Source: Hydrurus foetidus
Lineage: Eukaryota
DNA length: 64,000 nt
Direction: 5' to 3'
NCBI GenBank assembly: GCA_900617105.1
Contig: UYFQ01000154.1
Coordinates: 62,001-126,000 of the forward strand
The translations under genes were made by a program, and so were the position numbers. Positions 40,673 to 52,942 of this stretch are shown in pieces. Within the stretch, counting starts at the first letter, position 1; the number at the start of each line of letters is the position of its first letter. Below the pieces are notes generated by a model. It ran no database searches and had not been told where the DNA came from. It was given only the letters and a program-made list of their open reading frames with translations.

Positions 40673-43099
40673 ACACAGACATTACACAATGAATGATGGT
40701 TCATGCTCTGTAAGAACTGATGAAAGGAGATGTGAGGATGAAATGGTATGATGACGAGGAGATCATACACAACAGCACAGTATAAACACTGCGGCCTCGC
40801 TGCCTACTTGTCTGTAAATTAATCGAATAACGGATGAAGAGAGATGAAATGATATAAGAATGTAGCAAGGCGAGGCCGCCTGTTATACATTGGAAGGTGT
40901 CTGCTGTAGGATAGAAAATGACGGGAACAAGTGATGGAGGAGATTGAGAGGAGTCCAAGTGGAAGTGGAAGTAAAGGGAACATCTAGGGGGGGGGGGACT
41001 GTATCGTATTAAATCGCATCGCATCGCATCGGGTTGTAACGCGTTGAACTTTCATTGTGCCTGGCAGATACCGTATAACTTCAACCACAAGAATGGATCG
41101 ATGAATGAACGAGAGTGCACGCTGGAACCGAGACTGACTAATTATTGAATTGAATTGAATTGAATTGATATGGCGCTTTGGCACAGCAATGGAGCAAACA
41201 CGATAGGGATGAAGATGATGCAATAACGAACGGAATGAAGTGGAAAGAAAGGAAGGGAGGAAAGGAAAAGGTCGCATTGCTGTAGACAGTTATTCCGAGG
41301 AATATCATCAATCTGTTGACAGTGAAAGTCGCGCTTACGTATCAGTGACTCGCACGACACACAGTATAAGTAGGAAGATGTAAATGAAATAAAGGTGCAG
41401 TGGGAAGGAGATGCAACATTCAAATGAAGATGAACAGAATTTGATCACGAATCAAACGAATTAGACTAGGTCACACCTTTACTTCTGTGTAGAGTGGATT
41501 AGAGAGAGGTGAGGTGCAAGGACTTGAGATTGCCCTCATCCTATTGTAAACTGTTTTCACTGATTTGTTTTCATGAGGGTGTTGGCGGTCTTATCTATCT
41601 TTCTTGTCTCAGTGGTGATAGAATTAACTACACTTCTTTTCTGCATTCCAATCGAGTCGTCTGTGAGACACGAAAGAAAAAAGGACAAAGGAGTTATGCT
41701 AGGCGGGCACTTTGAAGCCTTTTTTTTATCCTACAGTTCTCGATCTTAATGGTGTACTAAATCTTTCACGTTTTCTTGGTGAAGATGGGACAAGAGGATG
41801 AACGGAGATTATGTGTAGGAAGACCTGTGGTTTCGACGCCTTCATGTGACCGAAAAGCAGCGAATTGAAGTGATGTTATTCTACTGGTTCTGAGATGAAG
41901 ATAACGAAGAGTACTGGAACTTGTACATACGTACGTGCAGGAAATCAAACGAATACTCGTGGTGGAAAGTTACGGAATAATAACAACAAGATTATCCAAA
42001 TACTCCCTGCGACTGGATTCGTTACGCACGAATCACATGGAAGACGACAATAGAAGCGAGAAAAATTCGACAGAAGAGTGAGGAAGGGAAATGAAAAATG
42101 GAAGTTTGCATCTATTTCAATCTTATTTCGTTTATTACAATTCAGTTTCGTTTATTTTGAATGAAAAGCCGTCAGCCAAATACATCCATTGTCATTTCTC
42201 TTCCACATTTGAATTCCTATCATAACGTTAGCAACAATCCAATTCATCAAAAACCCTGAAAGGAAAGAAAAAGAAGTATTTGCACTACCCCATTCCGTCC
42301 TACCCCCTCCCCTCCTTCATTCTTCATTTTACTACAATATCTTCCAAAGTCATAAATTATGTTAAGTCCGTGATAAAAATCCATTTCTATCTCCAATTTT
42401 GTTCTTTCGGAATGACATCGATTTTAGTCACTTTCCCGTATTTGGTTTAAATTAACGGAATGACGGGGAGAAGATATACCGTAAATATTATGGAGGAATA
42501 TCATGTCTTGCAGCTCTGCGGAAATCGAGTTTCACCTCATGCACGTTATCTACGTAAATCACGAGTATAATTCAGATGATGCAAATTGTGTGAAAAATGC
42601 CCACTGAGAAAACGCCTCGGAAGTTTCGAAATCGGTTGTAACTAACGGTTTAATTTTATTTGGCCGCCATACGAAGAAAAGTGCGTCGTGTGTACTGTGC
42701 ATACGGCATCCATGCATGCATCTCGATCTCGACATGACTCCCTCTTTGTTGCAGGCATTGCGTGGTGGTCAATCATCTAGTAGGATTGGGACATCGCGTA
42801 ATTGCTGGTAGACTGATTCTCACAGCGACACGAGATGTCGTATCTCCGAGACCTGAGATCATCCTCCTTCCTGCAGCACCGTGATCAGAATGTCCAGTAT
42901 TGTCAAATGAAACCCACACTGCGATGTGCACCGTACCGCATGCAATTTACATTACAGTACAGTGTAACAAAATCTGCAAACAATACGACTGCTATGAATA
43001 ATATTTAAACTGTTTTTATCGCATCAAATCGATGCACAGCACAGCAACTGATCTATGGTAAAAAAGGTAAAAAATGCAAGAGAGACTAAGTATTTAATA

Positions 43100-45403
43100 T
43101 CATTGATCAGTTGTCGCGCTGGGTGCCAAGTAGACCAAGTCAGTGGACAGCCAATCATATTTCTCGCTGCTGATACAACTTTCGAATTGCCATCTAAAAA
43201 GATGCTCTGTTTCGTCACTTTTTCTACTGCATTTGAAAATGACATCAGCAGTAGCTATCACACCACCGACAGGATACGGTAATATAGGCGAGAAAATACG
43301 AACATTATTCTCAGATTGATCAAAATTGCTGTTACTATCATTGGATTTGATGGTGGAATCAGAAGATTTTTTCTCCCCATAGTATTTTTTCTTCTCCTCC
43401 TCAATATCATAGAACGATTCAACAGTCGGCCTTACACCGGATGCTTCAGCATTCATATTTATAACAGTTATTCTTATCATCTCCCTCAGACTTATTCTAT
43501 ATGATTCTACATGAGAACTGGTATCTTTTTCTTCATTCGGAAAATGTGAAATTTTACCTATCACAAATTCGATAAAATCCTCCATACCACCTTTTCCCTT
43601 TACGTTAGGGTCAATTCTATTTCCAGATTCTGAATAAGTACGATACATTTCTATGATTTTAGGCATTTGTGGATTGAGCAGTATTTTACAATTCCATAAG
43701 AACCTTCTGTGTTCCTGCTCGATTCTTTTTGATTTATAGAGAAATTCATCATAAGATATATCATGGTCAAATGTCATTGAGCCATCTGACTTCATTTTTT
43801 GGAGCATCATTCCCTCAGCAGTTTGAATCTGGAAAAAGAAAAGAAAATGTAAAAAAAGAAAAAGTAAAAAAAGAAAAGTTTACCTAAAAAATGCAAAGTG
43901 AATCTGATAAATAAAAAAATTAACTGAAAGTAGAAAATTTAATTTGTTCCATAAGAAATCAGTCGAGAATATCAATAGTAAATATGATAATTGAGTTGTC
44001 AGTCTGAAATAAAAAATGACTGTAAATCTGATACTTGGGAAGAAAATTCAAACATCACTTCTATGCGCTACCGTAACTTCTATAGTGAAGACAACACAAG
44101 CTAAGAGGCACACAGACCTACAAAAGACAGACAGACAAACGGACGGACATGAGTCAGTCAGCAAAACCACTCGTTCACTACCTTAGTAGAAATTGACCGT
44201 AAGTGCGCAGACTTCACGGTATACCCGCTAAGCATATGCGGACTCTTATTTCTAGTGGCGAAGAAAAACGGTAAATATAGGCCGGGATGAAGCGTATTAC
44301 GGAGTAATTCACTGGAGGGACATTTCTTCATTTTCCTGGAATGTTTGATTTATTTCGATTAGTGAGGGCATTGCATTGATTAGAGCAGGAGATGAGATAG
44401 TGCAGGCAGATGTCTACTATGTTTATTATGTCACAGAATTGCTGAGAATGTCAGAGAGGATGATACAGGCAGAACAGAGTATGAATTAATATTTAACTTA
44501 ATGTTGCTCTACAATATGAATCTCAGACACACGTGACACTTTGCACTCTACTCTCCGCATGAACAAAACCAAAAACACAATGGCAAACCCACCAACAGAC
44601 ACAATAGCATGAACAACAGCTATTCCTCACCCCTTGCAGTGTTCGATGAAGTCAGGAGACTGTATCGCGTTCACAGTATCACGGATGGCAAATGTGGCTC
44701 CTGCTGAAAACTCAGAGTGGTTGAATCCGTATTTGCTGAGAAGAGGATTGCTCAAATCTGCCGTGTAAATTTCAACGCAGAAATTAGGATCAGAATGATG
44801 GTGTTTTGTGGTGATAGTGACAGTGAATTGTAGCTTGTACGAGATAGTACTGCAGGACAATACATTAAACTGAATAGAAGACATTTCTTATTTCGTTCTC
44901 TTTGCTGGAGGGTTCACAAGCGCAATCATCACAGGAATCCGTCAAAGTGAATCTCATCTGTAATCAAACTGATTGCTCCGTTGATTCAAGCATGACAGCA
45001 GACAGAACAGAACAGATAAGATTTTCTCACCAACGAATAATTGAAACGCAAAAGCTTTAGGAGCGAAATCTGTGTCGTGTCCTGAAAATATCTCTGCATC
45101 GGTCAGCTGATCCAATAAAGGGTTCGGGTACGATGATGCCTCCTTCATATGCAACGACAGTCGTGGGATTATTCTCGTGATTTTAGCATGTCAGAAATTC
45201 TGTGAACAGGACAGAAATGTTGCAACCTTCATAGCGGACCAGATTGCTTGGATTGAGCGACCCAGATAAAGGTGCTCTAATTTAGATCCATAGTACTGCT
45301 CTTGCAACAGGTGATCATCAGTGAACGCCCTCGCGAGAACTTGTTTGATTAACCTCGGTGCAATCCGTGTTCGAACTGATCGGACAGATGAGAGAGAAAA
45401 CAT
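43100..45403 (-). CDS. Mitochondrial Tim44/MAIP1-like protein, tandem copy A (possible pseudogene)
   Basis: Six predicted exons. Arg/Ser-rich presequence MFSLSSVRSVRTRIAPRLIKQVLARAF. FNHSEFSAGATFAI...ADVIFKC...RWQFESCIS..DW resembles a Tim44-like fold (inference). In-frame TAA at 44865-44867 in predicted exon 3. Confidence 0.6.
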
Positions 45404-45950
45404 CAATTAAGAGGGTTGGACTATCTGAACACTAGTGTCCCATCAGAATACTAGATATGGCTCTCATCAGTTCCTAAAATTACTGTGAACTGTGATCCTA
45501 CTGTGATCATCCAATTATTGACGAGTCTAATATGCTCCGTTCGTAGGCCTCACGCAGTTCCTGTGTGACTTGTGACGTATTCTGCACGTACAGTAAGTAG
45601 TAAGTACAGTACTCCAGCATCATCCGGTACTATCCGGTGTACAGCACGTACGTACGGTCAAAATTCGAACCCAAAACCGATTCCTACCTACTGTGTCGAC
45701 CATGCAACGTAAGAACACGTCCTGCTTCTGTGAGAAACTGCTCAGTAAAATCAAAAAGTGTCAAGATACAACATAGGCACTAGAACTTTCCAAATATCCA
45801 CGCTTTTATAATGAAATAAAAAACAAAATTGTGCTAACAATACGACTGCTATGAACAATATCTAAACTGTTTATATCGCATCAAATACAACACACAGAGG
45901 TCAGTCAATGAGAAAGGAAGATAAGGGAATACAGGAGAATGTAATTAATA

Positions 45951-48207
45951 TCATTGATCAGTTGTCAGGCTGGGTGCAAGGTAGACCAAGTCAGTGGACA
46001 GCCAATCATATTTCTCGCTGCTGATACAACTTTCGAATTGCCATCTAAAAAGATGCTCTGTTTCGTCACTTTTTCTACTGCATTTGAAAATGACATCAGC
46101 AGTAGCTATCACACCACCGACAGGATACGGTAATATAGGCGAGAAAATACGAACATCATTCTCAGATTGATCAAAATTGCTGTTACTATCATTGGATTTG
46201 ATGGTGGAATCAGAAGATTTTTTCTCCCCATAGTATTTTTTCTTCTCCTCCTCAATATCGTAGAACGATTCAACAGTCGGCCTTACACTGGACGCTTCAG
46301 CATGCGCGGTAACAAGAGTGATTCTGATCATTTCTCTCATACATTTCACGTGTAACGCTACTTGACCACTGACATCTTTGTCTTCATCATGAGGTTGTGA
46401 TAATCTTTGCATCGCGAACTCAATAAAATCCTCTATTTCCCTTTTCCCCATGATATTAGGGTTATTTTCACTATCACCGTTTAAATAAGTAAGACACATA
46501 TCTTTGATTTCTGGATAAAGTGGTCGGAGAAGTCCTCGTACATTAAATAAAGCATATATTGAGTACTTCTCCTGAATTCTTCGTGTTTTGTCAATGAACT
46601 CATTGTACGAAATATCGTGTTCTAATTCTATAGAACTGTCTGATCTTAATTTTTGAAGTAGCATTCCTTCAGCAGTTTGAATCTAAAAAATGGAAGTTGA
46701 ATCTAATAAGCAAGAAGTTCATCTAATAGTGATATTTTGATTCAAAATATTATTGGTTTGATCCCCAACAGCAGGACACAAAGACATACATACTGATGCA
46801 CTTGTAGACAGACATGCTGATCGACAGAGAAATAGCGGATGTACGGACGCACAATCATACGTACAAACACACTCATATACGGGCACACGCAGAGACAAAA
46901 AGAAACAAACACACTAAGTCAGTCAGTCAGTGAGTGAATCAGTCAGTCAGCAAAATTATTCATTCACTACCTTAGTAGAAATCGACCGTAAGTGCGCAGA
47001 CTTCACGGTATAGCCGGTAAGCATATGCGGACTGTCATATTTGGTTGCGAAGAAAAACGGTAAATAAAGGCCGGGATGAAGCGTATTACGGAGTAATTCA
47101 CTGGAGGGACATTTCTTCATATTCCTGTAATTTTTTGTATTTTGTGATTATAGAAGTGGATTAGATGGTGAATAAGAATATTATCTGTGAAAAAGATTTG
47201 TTTTCGTGTGTGTTTTGTCGTTTATAGGGGTGGGTTCAGCATCAAAGTGGATCAGCAATAAAACACGTGCCTTGATCTCACAGACAGAGCAGAGTTCGAT
47301 TGAATTAATGTTGCGTTAACGATACAAATCTCGAGCACACCGCACTACTCTGCGCATGAACAAAACCAAGATCCAAGATCCAAGTCAGATACCAAAGTCT
47401 AGTATCCAAAACATAGAGAAGATCAACATCAGCCACTCTCACCCCTTGCAGTGCTCGATGAAGTCAGGGGACTGTATCGTGTTCACGGTATCGCGGATGG
47501 CAAATAACGCGCCTTTAGAAAACTCCGCGTAATTGAACCCATATTTGATAAGAAGCGGATTGGTCAAATCTGCCATTTCGTAACACATTAAACAGGATTA
47601 GAATGGTGGCTTTTTGTGGTGACGGCGACATTGATTTTCAGGTTATACAATAAATTAAATTGAAAGCGTTTTTCATTTCGTTTCCTTTGCTTGAGTGATG
47701 ACGCGTGACAATGTCAATGAAGTCCACCAAAGTGGCTCTAATCTATGATCAAACTGGCAGCTCCGTTGATTCAAGCATAACAAAAGAAAGAACAGATCAT
47801 GTCAGGTCAGATCAGAATCTCTAACCTACGAATAATTGGAACGCAAAAGATTTCTGAGCTAAGTCTGTGTCGTGTCCGGAAGATATCTCTGCATCGATCA
47901 GCTGATCCAATAAAGAGTCCGGCGCAGGGTACGATGTTGCCTCCTCCTTCATAAGTAACGATAGTCGTCGGATTATTCTCATGATTTCGGCAAGTCGGAA
48001 ATTCTGTGAACAGGGCAGAAATGTTGCAACCTTCATGGCGGACCAGGTGGCTTGGATTGAGCGACCAATCAACAGTTGCTCTAATTTAGATCCATAGAAT
48101 TTCTTCTGCAACAGGTGATCATCAGTGAATGCCCTCGCGAGAACTTGTTTGATTAACCTCGGTGCAACCCGTGTTCGAGCTGATCGGGCAGATAAGAGAG
48201 AAAACAT
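45951..48207 (-). CDS. Mitochondrial Tim44/MAIP1-like protein, tandem copy B
   Basis: Same six-exon structure as copy A and an open frame after splicing. FNYAEFSKGALFAIRDTV motif and the same C-terminus. Family assignment is tentative. Confidence 0.68.
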
Positions 48208-48771
48208 CGATTTAGATGGCGTCGACTATCTGTGAAGTAGTGATCCATCAGCGGAGGCTAGGTATGCCTTTCATCGGTCGCTGAATTTTATCGTGGTCTT
48301 CCAAGATCAGGCTTACTGCTAATTCACTCATAACGATGTCTTCAGATTATTATTCTTCATCATTTTACTACGGTAGATACAGAGTACAGACCAGAGACCA
48401 GAGTGCTGTGTATAGGAGTTATTTTAATTGTAATTGTACTGTAACGTCTTTATTCCGTATTCTGTATATGCATACTGAAATGCGGTATGCAGTGTACAAT
48501 GTACAATACGCATGCAGTATAATATACGGTAACATACGTCATAATATGTACTGTACCGCGTACCGTACGTAGATACTGTACGCTAAACTGTCAAGAATTC
48601 GGCTGGTACCACGTTGTTCATTTTTAAGACATCGCAGAACGTCTTGTTAGAGACTGCCCCACGAATACGTAAAGTTACAAGTACGTCTAATTTCTCGCTG
48701 GATGCCATGCACAAGAAATCATCCAAATTATCACGCTTCAAAGAAAATCTGATGCAGCACCAGAATACATA

Positions 48772-49243
48772 CCGTCCCCTGCCTATTGTTTTGTTTTCCG
48801 GTTTTCCGAAAACATGCATTTTCGAGCATATTTTAGGAAGCTCTTTGGCTGCTATGATGCCGCTCTGATTTGAACGACGACGGTAGAGTAATATTGTCAT
48901 TTCAGACAATAAGTTATATGGCGTCATGAACATCTGAGGAGTGATTCACAGTGAACTTGTCATCTGAAATCATGATTTTCTCAATCTCAGTACCGGGGAT
49001 TGAAATTTTTGCAAACCACGAAATCGCTAGAGGAATTTTGAGTCGGCAGTCCACCCTTGAAAATCACGCTGAATTCGAATCTCTAATTAGGTCGTCATGA
49101 GAAGCAGCATTGATGGAGATAGCATTTTCAATTGTCTTGGAGAAATTCAATTTCAGGGTGATTTTGGGTGGTTTTCAGTGATTTTGACAGTGGGCAATTT
49201 ATCCGTAATACCATTTGAAAACAAAACAATAGGCAGGGGACGG
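48772..49243. mobile_element. Tc1/mariner(pogo)-type MITE (472 bp)
   Basis: Perfect 27-bp TIRs CCGTCCCCTGCCTATTGTTTTGTTTTC (48772-48798 and 49217-49243), flanked by TA on both sides. No transposase. Confidence 0.88.
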
Positions 49244-49575
49244 TACATGAATCTGTTCATGCTAAATACACTTATACCCGACAATTATTAGAGGTGGAAT
49301 CCCATTTAACCATTCAATCCTCTATTCTATTTGATTAGGATTATAACTAAGAATTTTCGATTTCGGAAGTCACGGAGATTCAAAAAAACAAAAAGTCTCG
49401 GCACATCATTTACAATTTGGAATTAATTACCAACAAAGATAGAGTCTTACACCTACTATCCGTATAATGTATGTATTAAAATAATTGTCATTGATAAGCA
49501 CGTAAGAATTCAATATGCAGAAACTATACAAAAATAAATTAAATCATGAATAATGACACAAAATCATTGAATACT

Positions 49576-52500
49576 TTAGGTAGCTATATCGAACCAAGAA
49601 GGCACATCTTGTTGCCTTTCATGCAGCCAACCAGCTAATACAATTCTTTCCCCCTCAATGGTCTCCATAACTTCGTGAGGCAAACTTACAGAATCGAAGA
49701 GAACTAAAGAACATCCCTTGGGGGGTGTTATTTGGGGGTCGGATCCGGCCGGATTTTCCCCCCTTTCCCAAGCAGGTATATCTTCAATACGTAGAAAACG
49801 TTCTGCGACTTTATTTCTATTTCTATTTGAATCTATTGTTGACGCTGTGATAATCAGTCTATCGTCACTTTTTCTATTTCCGTAAATATCAATGTCAGCA
49901 CTAACACTATCCCCAACTCTATCTCTTTCTTCACCGTTTTGATTCTTATTCCGGTTGTCATCTGATGGTAAGAATTCATCATCATAATTATCTCGCGCAG
50001 CACCTGTATCGGGATCTTTAGAATCGAAATTCCGTGTCATATAGATGCGTCTAAATACACCAAAAAAATCTTTTTCACGAATATAAAGTGCAGTGCGAGG
50101 TATAACCGTATATTTATTTTCGTTTTCAGCAGATTTTACGGTTTCTTTTCTCCAAATATCCATGAACACTGGTTGGATAGAGTCATATTCATCCTCTTTT
50201 TCCTTTGTGTTTTCACCTAATTGATTTGATCTGTCATCAATTTTTACTATTTTTTTATCACCAACAGAAAAAATTTCCTCAGAAAAGTTTTTTTTCGTAT
50301 AAAAAAATCGCGACAAAATATTATTTTCGCTCTTTTTTTCCGCGTTCGTTTTCCACCACCCAACTTGAAGATTGCCATCATCTTCCCCACACTGCCCTCC
50401 TATGACGTTTCTTTTTTGTGGAAATGATAATAATCCGCCTGAATATGTATTGCAGTCTTATTGATTAATTTGGTTGTATATCCTTTATATTCATAAAAAC
50501 GAGATTATAAAATGCGTGCGTTTTTTTTTAAGTATGTTTTTTTTCTTTCAGAAATATTCAATACGAGGTTGTTTGACAAAAAACAGAAAAAAAAGAAGAA
50601 AACACAGCGGTACAAAACAGAGTATTCAACAAATTCAAAAGTATATGACAAAAAAAAATTTGATTTTTTAAGCACCTACAAAAAATGTGGAGGTTTTTCG
50701 TGTGATAAAAAGAGCAGATTTCTTTGTGCGTAGAGCGATAGAGATGATCTTATAAATTGTTGCTTATAGCTCTCTTACCGCCATTAATATTAACATCCCA
50801 GTCCTTGCCACAGAGATAAAGTAGCCAAGATATGCTGCGACGAGATGGAGTGGTCCATCCTTTGCGTCCTAACGAATGTTGATGAAAATGCAAATATTAA
50901 TGTCAGTATCAATGGTAATATTGATTTGACTGTTAATAAGAGTGTTATGTTAACGCAGTGCAGTAGGATGCAAGGGTTGGTGAGACTTAGGTAGAAAATA
51001 AAAAAATAAGAAGAATTTAGAGATAAGAGTGAATCTGAAAACAAATCAATTTCATGTACAAAAAGAATTTAGGAGCGTATTGAAAGAGGGAAAAGCAAGA
51101 GCGACAAAATAAATTAAAAAGTAAATAAGTAAATAAATAACGCGTAAGAGTGAAGATGACGAGTCATTCAGAGATTCTCACCAGTAGTGAAAATGCACGT
51201 AAAAACAATCAGGAACTAAAAGAATAACTTCAAATGAAGTAGTTGATAATAATTAATAAATTTAGATGATAATTTTCCATTTCTTATCTCTTACCCTTTG
51301 TCTCTTCATGTCTTTCATCTAAATGTCTGTTTAATTTTGACCCCGGTAATGACCGACTAAAATAACTCTCATGAGCAAGTGTTATATCCGACATCGTAGG
51401 TCTGATTCAATAATGAAGAGTAGAGTGATACGTCAGAAAAACATTCTGTGGACTACCACAGGAAATTTGAAAATCATAGAACAATGAATAATACTGAATT
51501 AAAACATTCATCAGTCATCAGCATTCATCAGAAAATAGTGCAAATTATACCGGTTGAGTTCTACGGCCAAAGATAGCCGTAATTGGTCGATGTATTCCCC
51601 CACAAGAATGAGCGCTTTGGAATTGTTTGCGTTATCAAAAGTGACGGGAGAAACGCTTCTATCTTTTTTACTGAAACCTTGCACACTAATAAAAGGTGAT
51701 ACGAATGTTGAAAATCAAAATCAAGATTTGATGGATAAAGGTGATTTCGTTTTTAGTCCATCATTCTTTGAGAAATCAATTTTGACAGGAGTAGTAAGAA
51801 GTAAAATTGAGATAAAGTTTCGATTTAGAACTATAATCTCCATCTACAAGTCAGAATGAGAGGACACCTGCCATGTCAGAACAATAAGTTGGACGGAGAA
51901 TAATCAGGGTAGGATTCAATCATATGCACGGCAAGCATGCATCTCACACCTCTCATCTACAGTCGCTATTTCCATTTCATGATTGCAGCTATCCGATAAC
52001 TCAGGTAAAACATCAAGAACTGCAGGAGCTACGTAGAGAGCAACACGTAATTCCAATGAACAATACCATGACATTTCGCAATAAAACACAGAATGATGAA
52101 CTGCGTACATGGAGTTAAACAGCATACCTTCCTTTCGCTCGATTCGATAAGCCAGATCTGGAGAACTGATTCGTGTCTACCAGTACTTCGACATCCTCCC
52201 GCAATCCTGCTAATAATTCAGAGTCAATGAAGCTCTCAATGACGTAAACTTTTCCTTTCTGTATAACATCCCGTAACTCAGGATAGGAAATATCAGCTGG
52301 CGATTTAATCGAAGATGATGGCACGACTTTTGTTTCTGCAAAAGCTTTCTCTGGGAAGGTAAGGGAGCCGAGAAGCATCGCTATCGGCAATAAAGTATCG
52401 AACATAGCTTGCTGTTTATCAACAAATTCGGATCGTGACGATTTTGGGTCTTCGGATGACGCACATAGAGCTGTAAGCGATATTGGGCGAAGAAGATTTG

Positions 52501-52576
52501 ATTCCTTTAATACAGCGTGACGTAATCGCGTTGTGGTTGTAATCAGGGTGCTCAATGTGAAGGTGGTCAGCCTCAT
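49576..52576 (-). CDS. 2-oxoglutarate/Fe(II)-dependent oxygenase (prolyl-hydroxylase-like)
   Basis: Five GT-AG exons: KVYVIESFI, HESYFSRSLPGSKLNRHLDERHEE (HxD), RRSISWLLYL..DWD..NGG, LVLFDSVSLPHEV (distal His) and ERIVLAGW (2OG-binding Arg). Confidence 0.9.
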
Positions 52577-52942
52577 CCTCGGAAACCTCTGAAGAAGAGC
52601 GCTGGATAAATAATCGAGGTTAATGGGATGATGATGGACATCACATAGATATCGGTAGTATTATACACGCGCAGCAGATTATGTTCAAAACGAATCTAAA
52701 TTCTTGTGAATTTCATCAAAAAAAGTCTCCCATTTTTCAGAAGGTTGTTCACCAAGTTTTGAGCCAAATAATTTTACATCTGTACAGTAGAGAGTGGAGT
52801 CAAGAATGGGAGACGGTGCTCTACCAGGCCCATAATCTTGGCATCGTGCCTCTGAGATTGCCTTCCTGAGAGAAATAGCGATTGGCATTTCCGTACCAAG
52901 TGAGCATTCGAAACAGCTAGAAACACCGACTTCGTTTGATGA

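Noticed and set aside
40700..43050. Possible gene between ubiquilin and Tim44-like copy A
   Set aside because: Only short ORFs with no recognisable motif and no consistent exon chain. A non-coding transcript cannot be excluded.
30290..44867. Alternative genetic code (TAA read as sense), suggested by TAA at 30290 and 44865
   Set aside because: Conserved genes here (ubiquilin, aminopeptidase, carrier) end at TAA in the expected place, and none has internal stops.
48583..49291. Two ORFs sharing ENKTIGRGRY on opposite strands
   Set aside because: They are translations of the MITE terminal inverted repeats, not proteins.
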